Source: Nanopusillaceae archaeon (GTDB lineage Archaea > Nanobdellota > Nanobdellia > Nanobdellales > Nanobdellaceae). Taken from it: a stretch of DNA of 32,000 nt. Shown piece by piece: positions 15,210-24,616 of this stretch (the first letter of the stretch is position 1; each line of letters starts with the position of its first letter). Below the pieces are notes generated by a model that was given only the letters and a program-made list of their open reading frames with translations, made no database searches and was not told the origin of the DNA. Both the position numbers and the translations under genes were made by a program. The DNA lies in assembly GCA_049973735.1 (NCBI GenBank), contig JBMFJL010000001.1, forward strand, positions 11,438-43,437, written 5' to 3'.

Positions 15210-17485
15210 TTATTTTCTTTTTTATATTCTTCTTCAAAAACTTTCTTTATCCTTTCGGCTCTCTTTTCTCCTACTATATTTTCCAAATCTGCTTTTTGAG
15301 CCAAGAAAATATTTTTTAGCGATTTATATTTTTCCAATAATTTTAATGCTAAATTTTCACCAATTCCAGGTATAGTTTTGAGTATTTCCAGTTTTACTTG
15401 ATCTAAATCCTCAAAGTTTTTAGATCTTTCTGGTATTTTTGGAAATTTTTTATAATTTTTTGCTAGCAAATATAGATAACTTGCAGTCTCTAGAAAATCA
15501 GAAGTTCTTATTATTGGTATTCTATACTCTAACATAATTTTTAATATTAAAGTTCTAAGATAGTTTATGGATATATCGGTTGTTAAACCAATACTTTCAT
15601 CCGATCCTTCAAGTATTATAATTGGATTTTTGTCTTTTAATTTATCTAACTGATTATATAATCTTCCGTCCAAAATAGAATTTATGAAATCAATAACAGT
15701 CTTCCTTTCTATTATATAATCTCCAATTATATAATCACCATATTCCAAATTTTCTAATCTTACTAATATATCTGTATTTGCCAGTGTTTGAATAACTCCA
15801 GAAGATTTTTCTTTATAATCCGCGATTATTATTGGTATATCAGAATTTTTATTTATTTTTATATCCCTATCATCAATATTTTTTTCCTCTTTACTATACT
15901 CTTGACTATCGCTAGATATATATCTAAGTATACTTTCTTTCTTTTCAGTTTTTATTTCCTCTTTATTCTCCATATTTGTTATCTGTATGTTTGATTTGTT
16001 TTCTATTATATTTTGTTTGTTGAGATATTTTTTTAATCTTTTAACTAAAAGAAACATCTTTCTTTCTTTGGTTATGGCAGTCCAGTAAAATCTTTCATCT
16101 AAAGTATTCTTTGTTACAAGTATTATTACTTTTCCAATTTCTCCTCTTCCAGTTCTCCCCCTTCTTTGTATATATCTAATTTCAGAAGGTACTGGTTCAT
16201 AGAATATTACAATATCAACCTTTGGAATATCTATACCTTCCTCGCCAACAGATGTAGATAATAAAACATTAAATTTATTTTCTTTGAATTCGTTAAGTAT
16301 TTTTGATTGTTCCATTTTATTCATTTCTTTTTTTCCAACTAATCTTTTTGATTTTATTCCTTCTTTATCACAAAATTCTTTTATTCTATCTAAAGTCTTC
16401 CTTATTTGAGCAAAAACAATTATTTTTTTATCCATATTGTTTTTCAAAATTTCAATTAATTTATTAAGTTTCGGATGTTCAACATTTTTATTTATAAGTT
16501 CTTTAGCTAGATATATAGCTTTTTTAATTCTTATATCGTTTAAAACTTCATAATCTGCTCTAGTTTTTCTCATATCTTTTTCTAAATCATTAAAATATTC
16601 TACAAAAGTATGTAATGTTTGTGTTTCAAGTAACTCTATTGCATGAGCTATTTTTAATAATTCCGAAAGTATAGATAATATTTGCTTTAGTCTTGGATCT
16701 CTGCTATTAAGTTCAAGATTCTTTTTTATCTCTTCTATCCATTCTAATATATCTTTTTTACCTTTTTTTATATCTATTGATGGATCTAACTCTTTTATTT
16801 TATCTAATCTTATTTGTATAGCTCTATCTAGTAACTCTTTTATTTGTTTTAAGTTGTTGTCTAATTCTAATTCTACTTTCTCAATTTCTATATTTTTTAT
16901 ATACGGTTTTATATCTTTTTCATATCCAGTTCTAATTTCGATTTTTTCTATATGTAAATTTTCCATTACTTCTCTTATTCTATCTAGGTTCCATCCTGGT
17001 GAGGCGGTTAATCCAATTATTCTTCCATCTTTTGCTTGTTCATAGAATTTATTTGCAATAAATGTATATGCATATTTTTTTACTGCTCTATGCGCTTCAT
17101 CGAATATTATTGTAGAAGCATTATAAAATGTTACCCTGCCACTTATTATATCATTTTGCAAAGTTTGGGGTGTTGCAAATATTATTTTTGCTTGATTATA
17201 TAAATAAGATCTCCTTTCTTGATTTGTATCCCCAGTGATCAAAATAGATATTTCCCTATATTCTGGAAATATTTTTATAAAATTCTGATAATGCTGATTG
17301 GCTAATGGCCTTGTAGGTGCTAAAAAGAATATTTTTTTATCCGGATATAATTTAATTCTTTCTATTATTAAGAAAAAGGCTATAATAGTTTTACCAGTAC
17401 CAGTTGGTAAAATAACTAAGGTATTATAATTTTTACAAGTTTCTAATATATTTTTCTGATACTCTCTTAACTCTATAATACCCAT
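15206..17485 (-). CDS. hef: Hef: SF2 helicase fused to ERCC4/XPF-type nuclease and (HhH)2
   Basis: Helicase motifs PTGTGKT, DEAH and QRRGRTGR. C-terminal nuclease motif GDYIIERKTVIDF...DGRLYNQ. Terminal HhH pair IPGIGENLALKLLEKY... Confidence 0.9.
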   Translation of the reverse strand: MGIIELREYQKNILETCKNYNTLVILPTGTGKTIIAFFLIIERIKLYPDKKIFFLAPTRPLANQHYQNFIKIFPEYREISILITGDTNQERRSYLYNQAKIIFATPQTLQNDIISGRVTFYNASTIIFDEAHRAVKKYAYTFIANKFYEQAKDGRIIGLTASPGWNLDRIREVMENLHIEKIEIRTGYEKDIKPYIKNIEIEKVELELDNNLKQIKELLDRAIQIRLDKIKELDPSIDIKKGKKDILEWIEEIKKNLELNSRDPRLKQILSILSELLKIAHAIELLETQTLHTFVEYFNDLEKDMRKTRADYEVLNDIRIKKAIYLAKELINKNVEHPKLNKLIEILKNNMDKKIIVFAQIRKTLDRIKEFCDKEGIKSKRLVGKKEMNKMEQSKILNEFKENKFNVLLSTSVGEEGIDIPKVDIVIFYEPVPSEIRYIQRRGRTGRGEIGKVIILVTKNTLDERFYWTAITKERKMFLLVKRLKKYLNKQNIIENKSNIQITNMENKEEIKTEKKESILRYISSDSQEYSKEEKNIDDRDIKINKNSDIPIIIADYKEKSSGVIQTLANTDILVRLENLEYGDYIIGDYIIERKTVIDFINSILDGRLYNQLDKLKDKNPIIILEGSDESIGLTTDISINYLRTLILKIMLEYRIPIIRTSDFLETASYLYLLAKNYKKFPKIPERSKNFEDLDQVKLEILKTIPGIGENLALKLLEKYKSLKNIFLAQKADLENIVGEKRAERIKKVFEEEYKKENK

Positions 17486-17512
17486 AAAAGTATTTTGTAT
17501 TAAACCTTTTTA

Positions 17513-17794
17513 TTACTTATTTAAAAATTTAGTTATTTTTTCTTGTACATCTTTTTGTATTACTATATTAAAATAATCTTCATATTTTTTTATAATATCT
17601 TTATCTACATCTCCAACAATTAATATATTCATTTTACCCTTTTTTCTAAATCTTTCTTTATAATTTTTTAATGTTTCAAGTATATCTACAATATCGTTTT
17701 TGTTTTTTGTTTTTTCATTTATATACCATATAATATCTGGATTTCCATCTAATTTTAGAATCTTTTCAACTTTGATCATTAAGCTATATCTCAT
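17513..17794 (-). CDS. Hypothetical protein (93 aa)
   Basis: ORF only. Co-oriented with hef and 27 nt upstream of it. No motif recognised. Confidence 0.5.
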   Translation of the reverse strand: MRYSLMIKVEKILKLDGNPDIIWYINEKTKNKNDIVDILETLKNYKERFRKKGKMNILIVGDVDKDIIKKYEDYFNIVIQKDVQEKITKFLNK

Positions 17795-17803
17795 ATAATA
17801 ATA

Positions 17804-18898
17804 TTATATTTTTGGATAATTAATAACTTTTATACCGTAATCTGTGAAATGAGTTCTACACCCATTGTTTATTTCCAATATTTTTTCAATTTTAGGTAAA
17901 TCCTTCTTATAGAAAGAGGCTATTTTTCTTATATCATAATAATACCATGAATCAAATTTTGAATCGCAATTTATTATTCTATCAAATGTTTTCTTTTCTT
18001 CTTTGTCAAAATCTATTATATTAATATTGTTTTTCATTTTTTCTAAAATCTCTTCTTTGTATATTTTTCCCACATATATTGGACCAAGTTTAATTAATTC
18101 ACTATTACATATATTACATCTTCCACCTTCTAAACTCTTATAGCCACAATTTTTGCAATAGTAGATTTCTTTAATATTTTCAGTTAGATATTTTATATCC
18201 TTGCTTTTAAAACTTTTTAAAAAGAATACTCTATAATGGTGTTTATAATAATAGCCAAAAATTGGTGTTAGAGCAATATCATATTTTAATCCTTCAGATA
18301 CTACATATTTTATTAAATTCCTAATTCCAAATTCTAAATAGAAATCTGTTTTTATACCAATTGTACCATATTTTCTAAAGCATGAACCTTTTTTAGAACC
18401 AGACAAAGATGAAATATCTGTAGCGGTTACACCAGCTATACCATACTTCTTTAATGATCTGGGCAAAAATTCTACAAAGCCAACTGGAGTTCCAAAAGGA
18501 TCTATATCGATATAGTCAAATTTTTCTTCTAGTAGAATTTTTCTACAATCTTCATTTTTTACTATTACTTTATTGTTTATTTCTATATTATTTAATTTAA
18601 GATTTTCGATTATATTTTCTACAGCTTCTTTCTTTATATCATTTATTACAATTTTATTTATTACTTCTGGTATTTCTTTTATTATTCTTATAGATCTAAT
18701 ACCAGTAGCACTCATGCAGTCTAGTATATCTAATTTTTTACCATACAGATCGTAGTAAGATTTTAATAACAATATTGTAAAGTCTCTATTTATTTTCATT
18801 AACGGATTATAAAATATTGGGAGTTTTGAAGATAAATTCTTTAAAAAATCTTGATTATAATTTATTTTTGCTTTTCCTTCACTTATCCAAGTCAACAT
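17804..18898 (-). CDS. trm1: tRNA (guanine26-N2)-dimethyltransferase Trm1
   Basis: FYNPLMKINRDFTILLL, LDCMSATGIRSIRI, IDIDPFGTP, and zinc-ribbon cysteines CKNCGY...CNICNS. Confidence 0.85.
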   Translation of the reverse strand: MLTWISEGKAKINYNQDFLKNLSSKLPIFYNPLMKINRDFTILLLKSYYDLYGKKLDILDCMSATGIRSIRIIKEIPEVINKIVINDIKKEAVENIIENLKLNNIEINNKVIVKNEDCRKILLEEKFDYIDIDPFGTPVGFVEFLPRSLKKYGIAGVTATDISSLSGSKKGSCFRKYGTIGIKTDFYLEFGIRNLIKYVVSEGLKYDIALTPIFGYYYKHHYRVFFLKSFKSKDIKYLTENIKEIYYCKNCGYKSLEGGRCNICNSELIKLGPIYVGKIYKEEILEKMKNNINIIDFDKEEKKTFDRIINCDSKFDSWYYYDIRKIASFYKKDLPKIEKILEINNGCRTHFTDYGIKVINYPKI

Positions 18899-19223
18899 AA
18901 GCTACACTATCTTTCTTTATTATTTTTATATTGTATTTTGTCGGTGGTTTTCTAATACCCCTAGACCAAATATAATTATTTAATCTTATAGATAATTTTA
19001 CTTCTCTAGCCTTAAATCTCAACTTTACAATATCTTTTATAGCCTTTACAGCCCTTTTAGCCCTCCTATTTATAGGAGATCTCAATATATATTTTCTTAT
19101 ATTTAGCTTTACATGATACTCCTCAATATTTTCTTTCTTTTCTTCCTTTACCTCTTGAACATTTTGTTGAGATACTTGTTGGGTTTCTAATAATTGAGTA
19201 TTATTCCCTTCTGACATTATCAT
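18879..19223 (-). CDS. rpl31e: 50S ribosomal protein L31e (eL31) with Q/E-rich N-terminal extension
   Basis: RRAKRAVKAIKDIV...VKLSIRLNNYIWSRGIRKPPTKYNIKI matches the L31e core (kRa.rAvk.ir.f......V.id..lN..iWsrGi.kpP). Its 3' end overlaps the trm1 start by 20 nt. Confidence 0.85.
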   Translation of the reverse strand: MIMSEGNNTQLLETQQVSQQNVQEVKEEKKENIEEYHVKLNIRKYILRSPINRRAKRAVKAIKDIVKLRFKAREVKLSIRLNNYIWSRGIRKPPTKYNIKIIKKDSVAYVDLDK

Positions 19224-19252
19224 ATTTAAATAACAAAATCTTATAAACTAAT

Positions 19253-19777
19253 ATGCTAAAGAAATTCTACTATATTTTGCATCCGAGACCTGCCTATGCC
19301 ATTGGATCTGGGAGTGTTGAAAATAATGAAATAAATTTCATGGCAGCTACATGGGTAATGCCGTGTGATGATGAAATAAAGGCAGTTGTATTGGCATGCG
19401 AAAGAGAAAATAAAACATTTGAATTAATAGAAAAATATAAACAATTTTCAATAAATGTTATAGATGATTATAAATTATTATGGAAATTGGGAACTACATC
19501 TGGGAAGGAAATTAATAAGGTAGAAAAATTTAATTTAAAAGTCAAAAAAGGTAATAAGTTGGATGTACCTGTATTAGAAAATTCACTGGGAGTTATAGAA
19601 GCTAAAGTAATTAATTATATTGATGTTGGGGCTCATAGATTATATATAGGGCAAGTTTTAGATTATTATGGAGATGTAGAGGAATATGGACTAAAAGAAT
19701 TTTGGAAAGTTCCTTTGCATAAGGGTGGAAAAGCCTTTGCTTCAATTAACAAATATTTAAACTTTATTAAGGATTAG
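19253..19777 (+). CDS. Flavin reductase-like FMN-binding split-barrel protein
   Basis: LHPRPAYAIGSGSVENNEINFMAATWVMPCD...FSINVI fits the flavin reductase-like domain pattern (l.PrPv.lv......g..N.m.asw..p....P......f.vNi). Confidence 0.6.
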   Translation: MLKKFYYILHPRPAYAIGSGSVENNEINFMAATWVMPCDDEIKAVVLACERENKTFELIEKYKQFSINVIDDYKLLWKLGTTSGKEINKVEKFNLKVKKGNKLDVPVLENSLGVIEAKVINYIDVGAHRLYIGQVLDYYGDVEEYGLKEFWKVPLHKGGKAFASINKYLNFIKD

Positions 19778-20486
19778 ATTTTAATTTTTCTTTTGTTAAT
19801 CTTAAAACCCCCATCAGGATGGAATATTCTCTTTTTGTTATGAGTGCTTTTCCGACTAGATTTCTCAATGCTCTATAGATTACTGGCTTTCTATAATCAT
19901 GCGTTGGGATCAAGTTTACCCATTCTTTAAAACTTTCATATAACAATTTTTTTTCATGACTATTCAGTAATTTAAATGTTTTTCTTATAGGATTGTTCTT
20001 CGATAAGAATATTTCATATAAAATAATTGCAGCTGCATGTGTTATATTCATTATAGGATATTCTTCATCTGCAGGAATTGTTATTATAGAATCGAATAAA
20101 TCTAATTCATCATTATCAAAACCTCTAGATTCTCTCCCAAAAAATATTCCTATTTTCCCATCATATTTCCATATAACATTTGCAAGTTCTCTTGGAGTTA
20201 AAGGATTTCTTAAAACTTCATTTGCCCTCTTTGATGATACTCCAGTAGTTCCATATGTTATATCGAATATATCTACAACTTCCTCCAATTTTTTATATAT
20301 TTTTGCATTTTTTAATATCTCCCATCCTTTATCTCTTGCAACAATTTTTACTTTTTCTGAAAATGGATCAACCAAAGGATTTACCAATATTAAATTTTTA
20401 AAACCAAAGTTAGCCATTACTCTTGCCAAAGCTCCAATATTATCTTCAGATTCTGGTTCTACAAAAATAATATAAAATTCTGTCAT
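19767..20486 (-). CDS. trmJ: SPOUT-class tRNA 2'-O-methyltransferase, TrmJ-like
   Basis: IIFVEPESEDNIGALARVMANFGFKNLILVNP, FFGRESRGFDNDEL and IPADEEYPIMNITHAAAIILYEI are collinear with the TrmJ/SpoU family. The C-terminal extension ends in ...ITKREYSILMGVL. Confidence 0.75.
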   Translation of the reverse strand: MTEFYIIFVEPESEDNIGALARVMANFGFKNLILVNPLVDPFSEKVKIVARDKGWEILKNAKIYKKLEEVVDIFDITYGTTGVSSKRANEVLRNPLTPRELANVIWKYDGKIGIFFGRESRGFDNDELDLFDSIITIPADEEYPIMNITHAAAIILYEIFLSKNNPIRKTFKLLNSHEKKLLYESFKEWVNLIPTHDYRKPVIYRALRNLVGKALITKREYSILMGVLRLTKEKLKSNP

Positions 20487-21820
20487 GGTTCCAATCTATT
20501 TGGATCTCTTGGTAATAATACTGCTTCTTTTACATTTTCTATGTTTAATAATTGTTTGATAAATCTTGCAATTCCAAATCCAAATCCTCCCATAGGAGGT
20601 GCTCCATATTTAAAGAATTCTAAGTACGTTTTGAAATCTTCAGGATTCAGACCTTTTTCTTTTATTTGTTCAAGCAATATACTATATCTATGTTCTCTCT
20701 GCGAACCTGTAGTAATTTCTAATCCTCTGTATAGAAGATCAAAACTTTTTGTAGTTATTGTACCATTTTTCATTGGTTCGCCCTTCATATGATAAAATGG
20801 TCTAGCAGACCATGGCCAATTGATTAAGAATAGAAATTCAGAGTCATATGTTTCTTTTACATATTTTCCAAGAAGTTTTTCTCCTTCAGATGTGATATCC
20901 CCATTTTCTTTTATATTATTTTTTCCAACAATTTCATATGCATCTTCCATATTCATTCTAATAAATTTTTTAGGTACCTCTATCTCAATATTAAAATATT
21001 TTTTAATTTCATCCTCATGATCTTCTTTGATTCTTTTTATGGCATATTTCAATAATTCCTCTTCAAAATCTATTATATCATAATGTGAACTAATATATCC
21101 AATTTCTACATCAAAAGATGTAAATTCGGTTAAATGTCTTGAAGTAAAAGAGGGTTCTGCTCTAAATGCTGGTGCAATTTCAAATACCTTTTCTAAACCA
21201 GCACATATTGCCATTTGCTTGTAGAATTGTGGAGATTGAGCTAAATAAGCTTTTCTATTAAAATAATTTATTTCAAATACTTCTGCTCCACTCTCTGTTG
21301 CAGAACTTATTATTTTTGGACTAAATATTTCAACGAAGTTATTTTTATATAGATATTCTCTAATATATTTTACAAATTCTGAAGTAATCTTTATTATTAA
21401 ACTGTTTCTTGGATTTCTCAAATCTATCCACCTATAGTCCATTCTCTTGTCAAAGGAGGAATTTTCATCTATTGGTAATGGATGAGATACTTCAGAAATA
21501 AGATAGATTTCCTCAGCTACTATTTCTCTATATTTTTTAGCTATTCCCTTTACATATTTTCCTCTAACTATAATAAAAGTATGAAAAGATAACTTTTTTA
21601 CAAAATTTATATCTCCAAATATATCTTTTTTTACAGTTATCTGTACATCGCCAGTAGAATCTCTCAAAATTATAAAAGATATTTCTCCAATAGTCTTTAT
21701 ATTTATTATCCAACCGGCTACAACAACCTCTTTATCATATTCTATATTTTCCAAATTTTTTATGTTTATTCTATTTTTTAATAATTCTGAGGCTCTTTCG
21801 AAATTCTCTATATTCATCAT
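20483..21820 (-). CDS. aspS: Aspartyl-tRNA synthetase (archaeal class IIb)
   Basis: OB-fold N-terminus, motif 2 region FEIAPAFRAEPSFTSRHLTEFTSFDVE, motif 3 GGFGFGIARF, and the C-terminal LLPRDPNRLEP signature of archaeal AspRS. Confidence 0.85.
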   Translation of the reverse strand: MMNIENFERASELLKNRINIKNLENIEYDKEVVVAGWIINIKTIGEISFIILRDSTGDVQITVKKDIFGDINFVKKLSFHTFIIVRGKYVKGIAKKYREIVAEEIYLISEVSHPLPIDENSSFDKRMDYRWIDLRNPRNSLIIKITSEFVKYIREYLYKNNFVEIFSPKIISSATESGAEVFEINYFNRKAYLAQSPQFYKQMAICAGLEKVFEIAPAFRAEPSFTSRHLTEFTSFDVEIGYISSHYDIIDFEEELLKYAIKRIKEDHEDEIKKYFNIEIEVPKKFIRMNMEDAYEIVGKNNIKENGDITSEGEKLLGKYVKETYDSEFLFLINWPWSARPFYHMKGEPMKNGTITTKSFDLLYRGLEITTGSQREHRYSILLEQIKEKGLNPEDFKTYLEFFKYGAPPMGGFGFGIARFIKQLLNIENVKEAVLLPRDPNRLEP

Positions 21821-21839
21821 TTTAGATAAATATTAAAAA

Positions 21840-22529
21840 CTACTTTAAACTTTTCATTTTTATATCGATCATTGCATGAAGTTCTTTATATATTATTGTA
21901 AGTTTTTTATCAATTTCTAAATCTTTTCTGAAATCATAAACACTCAAATAAGGTAATTTTTTATTTATCTTATCTATTTTGCTTATAAATAAATTTTCAA
22001 TTACATCTATATTTTTTATTATAGCATTTTCTATTTCTTTTCTTAATTTATCATATTCAATAAACATATTTAAAAATAATTTTGTATAATAATCTACTAC
22101 AAAAATTGGCTTTTCAATGGCATACAATATTATAACATCTGCAGTTTCCTTTCCAATGCCATCAATATTTAATAATTCTTTTCTTATCTCATAGATATCC
22201 TTTTTGGAAAAATTTTCTATGTTTTCATATTTATTGATTATAAAGTTTGATAATTCTTTTAATGTATTCAATTTTCTGGCTCTAAATGGTACTTTTATAT
22301 CATTAAAATCTAGATTTTCTATATTTTCCAATTTAAAAATAAAATTTTTATTTTTTAGATATTCTATATTTTTTTCTACCAAATTCCACTTAGTATTTTG
22401 CGTAAGTATAGCTCCTACTATTACTTCTACCCTCCAATCTCCTCCATTTTTATTATGATAGTAAATATCTACAGGCCACCAGAATTGAAAATCCATATCT
22501 TTAACTAAGTTTATAATTTTATCGATCAT
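21840..22529 (-). CDS. HhH-GPD superfamily DNA glycosylase, endonuclease III-related, no Fe-S cysteine cluster
   Basis: EVIVGAILTQNTKWNLVEKNIEYLK and the hairpin-helix LLNIDGIGKETADVIILYAIEKPIFVVDYYTKLF. No C-terminal Cys-x6-Cys-x2-Cys-x5-Cys. Confidence 0.7.
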   Translation of the reverse strand: MIDKIINLVKDMDFQFWWPVDIYYHNKNGGDWRVEVIVGAILTQNTKWNLVEKNIEYLKNKNFIFKLENIENLDFNDIKVPFRARKLNTLKELSNFIINKYENIENFSKKDIYEIRKELLNIDGIGKETADVIILYAIEKPIFVVDYYTKLFLNMFIEYDKLRKEIENAIIKNIDVIENLFISKIDKINKKLPYLSVYDFRKDLEIDKKLTIIYKELHAMIDIKMKSLK

Positions 22530-22540
22530 TAAAAGACATT

Positions 22541-23158
22541 ATGATATTAAATGATAAAAAAATTAAACAATATATAAAAGAGGGAAAAATAAAAGTTAAT
22601 CCTTTTGATGAAAAATTGGTAGGACCAGCATCTCTGGATGTAAGATTGGGACATAAGTTTAGAATTTTTAAAGCTGTGGAATCTGATTTAATAGATATAA
22701 AAAATTATGAAGATGATGTGCGTACGAGAATAGATACAGAAGATTATGTGATACACGTAGGAAAATATTCGGATGTTTATATAGCAAAAAGAGATGACGT
22801 TCCAATTATAATACATCCTGGAGAATTTATTTTAGCATCTGTATATGAATATATCGAGTTGCCAGATTATATTGTCGGACAGCTACATGGTAGATCCTCA
22901 ATAGGTAGGTTAGGCATTTTAGTTCATACTTCTGCAGGTTATATTGATCCTGGTTATAGAGGAAATTTGACCTTAGAAATATATAATGTAAATAAAGTGC
23001 CAGTAAAATTATATCCAAAAACAAGGATTGCGCAAATAGTATTCTTTGAGATAGAACCAGTAGAAGTTCCATACAATGTTAGAAAAGATTCAAAATATGT
23101 TGGAGAGGAGGGGGCTACATATTCTTTAATATCCAGGGATTTCAAGAATAATTTTTAA
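22541..23158 (+). CDS. dcd: dCTP deaminase (dUTPase superfamily)
   Basis: MILNDKKI...GPASLDVRLG, HGRSSIGRLGILVH, GYIDPGYRGNLTLEIYN and IAQIVFF are typical of Dcd. Confidence 0.85.
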   Translation: MILNDKKIKQYIKEGKIKVNPFDEKLVGPASLDVRLGHKFRIFKAVESDLIDIKNYEDDVRTRIDTEDYVIHVGKYSDVYIAKRDDVPIIIHPGEFILASVYEYIELPDYIVGQLHGRSSIGRLGILVHTSAGYIDPGYRGNLTLEIYNVNKVPVKLYPKTRIAQIVFFEIEPVEVPYNVRKDSKYVGEEGATYSLISRDFKNNF

Positions 23159-23182
23159 ACATTTTTAATAAGTTTATGAAAA

Positions 23183-23548
23183 ATGGTAAAAAGGACAGGT
23201 CCTACTAATATTTACTTGAGGAGATTGATTCATCTATTAAAGAAGGAAGGGAGAAAAAATAATGCAAATATCTGGATTTATGTAGCAGAATTATTAAATA
23301 GACCAACTAGAAGGAGAGTAGAAGTTAATTTAGGCAAATTAAATAAATATACTAAAGATGGTGATGTTGTTGTAGTTCCTGGAAAACTATTAGCTTCTGG
23401 AGTATTTAATAAAAAAATAACAATTGCTGCTTGGAAATATTCTGCCAGCGCAAAAGAAAAAGTAGAGAAAGTAGGTAGTAAATTGATTACCATAGAAGAA
23501 TTATTGAAGGCCAATCCAAAAGGATCAAATGTAAAGATAATAATATGA
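23183..23548 (+). CDS. rpl18e: 50S ribosomal protein L18e (eL18)
   Basis: RTGPTNIYLRRLIHLLKK...NRPTRRRVEVNLGKLNKYTKDGDVVVVPGKLLASG. Followed by L13 and S9, as in the conserved archaeal cluster. Confidence 0.9.
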   Translation: MVKRTGPTNIYLRRLIHLLKKEGRKNNANIWIYVAELLNRPTRRRVEVNLGKLNKYTKDGDVVVVPGKLLASGVFNKKITIAAWKYSASAKEKVEKVGSKLITIEELLKANPKGSNVKIII

Positions 23549-23991
23549 TATCAATAGGAAAAAAATATATAGATGCGGAAGGAAGTATTCTGGGTAGAAT
23601 AGCATCATATGCTGCAAAATACGCATTGGAGGGCTATGAAGTTTATATATTTAATGCAGAAAAGGCAGTTGTTGTTGGCAAATGGAATAATCTTATATCT
23701 CATTGGAATCATAAGATAAATGAGAGAGGAGATTGGATAAAAGGACCATTTTATCCAAAGAGACCCGATAGGATATTGAGAAGAGTTATAAGAGGCATGC
23801 TACCAAAAAATCATAGGGGTAGAGAAGCTTTAAAAAGAGTTAAAGTATATTTAGGCGTACCAGAAGAATTTAAAAATGTCCAATTGGAAAAGATAGAGGA
23901 TACGTTGGTAGAAAAAAGAATTATGAAAGGTACAATAAGGGAATATTATACATTAGGCGAAATTTCAAAACACGTAGGTGGAAAATTTTAA
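23545..23991 (+). CDS. rpl13: 50S ribosomal protein L13 (uL13)
   Basis: IDAEGSILGRIASYAAK...VYIFNAEKAVVVGK...RVIRGMLPKN.RGREALKRVKVY. 4-nt ATGA overlap with rpl18e. Confidence 0.9.
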   Translation: MISIGKKYIDAEGSILGRIASYAAKYALEGYEVYIFNAEKAVVVGKWNNLISHWNHKINERGDWIKGPFYPKRPDRILRRVIRGMLPKNHRGREALKRVKVYLGVPEEFKNVQLEKIEDTLVEKRIMKGTIREYYTLGEISKHVGGKF

Positions 23992-24016
23992 AATTTTATA
24001 TAATATAAAATAAACA

Positions 24017-24415
24017 ATGACCATAATAGTTACTGGCAAGAGAAAAACTGCAATTGCCAGGGCATACATAAAGGAGGGCAAAGGTAGAATATTAATTAAT
24101 TCTGTGCCCTTGCAAGTATATGAACCTTTATTAGCTAGATTAAGAATTATGGAACCAGTTATATTAGCAGGACCTGAATATATTTCTAAAGTTGATATTA
24201 GAGTAAAAGTTGTTGGTGGTGGTTACATGGGTAAAGCAGATGCTGCAAGGATTGCCATAGCAAAAGGACTTGTAAAATTCTTTGATGATGATAAGTTGAA
24301 ATTGCTTTTCTTGCAATATGATCCTAAGATGTTAAAATCAGACCCAAGAAGAAAAGAGCAGAGAAAATCTCCAACATCAAAGGCAAGAAAACATTATACA
24401 ACTGCATACAGATAG
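24017..24415 (+). CDS. rps9: 30S ribosomal protein S9 (uS9)
   Basis: GKRKTAIARAYIKEGKGRILINS, VVGGGYMGKADAARIAIAKGL, and a C-terminal basic tail ending in YR. Confidence 0.9.
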   Translation: MTIIVTGKRKTAIARAYIKEGKGRILINSVPLQVYEPLLARLRIMEPVILAGPEYISKVDIRVKVVGGGYMGKADAARIAIAKGLVKFFDDDKLKLLFLQYDPKMLKSDPRRKEQRKSPTSKARKHYTTAYR

Positions 24416-24495
24416 TTTTTAATTATTTTTATTTTAAAATTTTATTACCATAAATTTAAATTTTAAATAAAATAATGAAATATTTAAATTTATAT

Positions 24496-24579
24496 GCCGC
24501 GGTGCCCGAGTGGTCCAAGGGGTCTGGCTTGAGACCAGATCCCCGAAAGGGGGCGTGGGTTCGAATCCCACCCGCGGCG
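24496..24579 (+). tRNA. tRNA-Ser (anticodon UGA), class II with long variable arm
   Basis: Acceptor GCCGCGG/CCGCGGC, anticodon stem UCUGG/CCAGA with loop CUUGAGA, variable arm CCCC-GAAA-GGGG, T arm GUGGG-UUCGAAU-CCCAC, discriminator G. No encoded CCA. Confidence 0.95.
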
Positions 24580-24616
24580 TAGTAACTCTTATAAAAGTGT
24601 TTATAAAATAATATAA

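Noticed and set aside
15043-15375. 110-aa + strand ORF spanning the DHH/hef junction
   Set aside because: Antisense to two motif-supported genes, with hydrophobic shadow composition.
19993-20475. 160-aa ORF on the + strand
   Set aside because: It lies entirely antisense to the well-supported trmJ-like gene. Its S/I/F/L-rich composition is what the reverse complement of K/E/N-rich coding sequence produces, so it is a shadow ORF.
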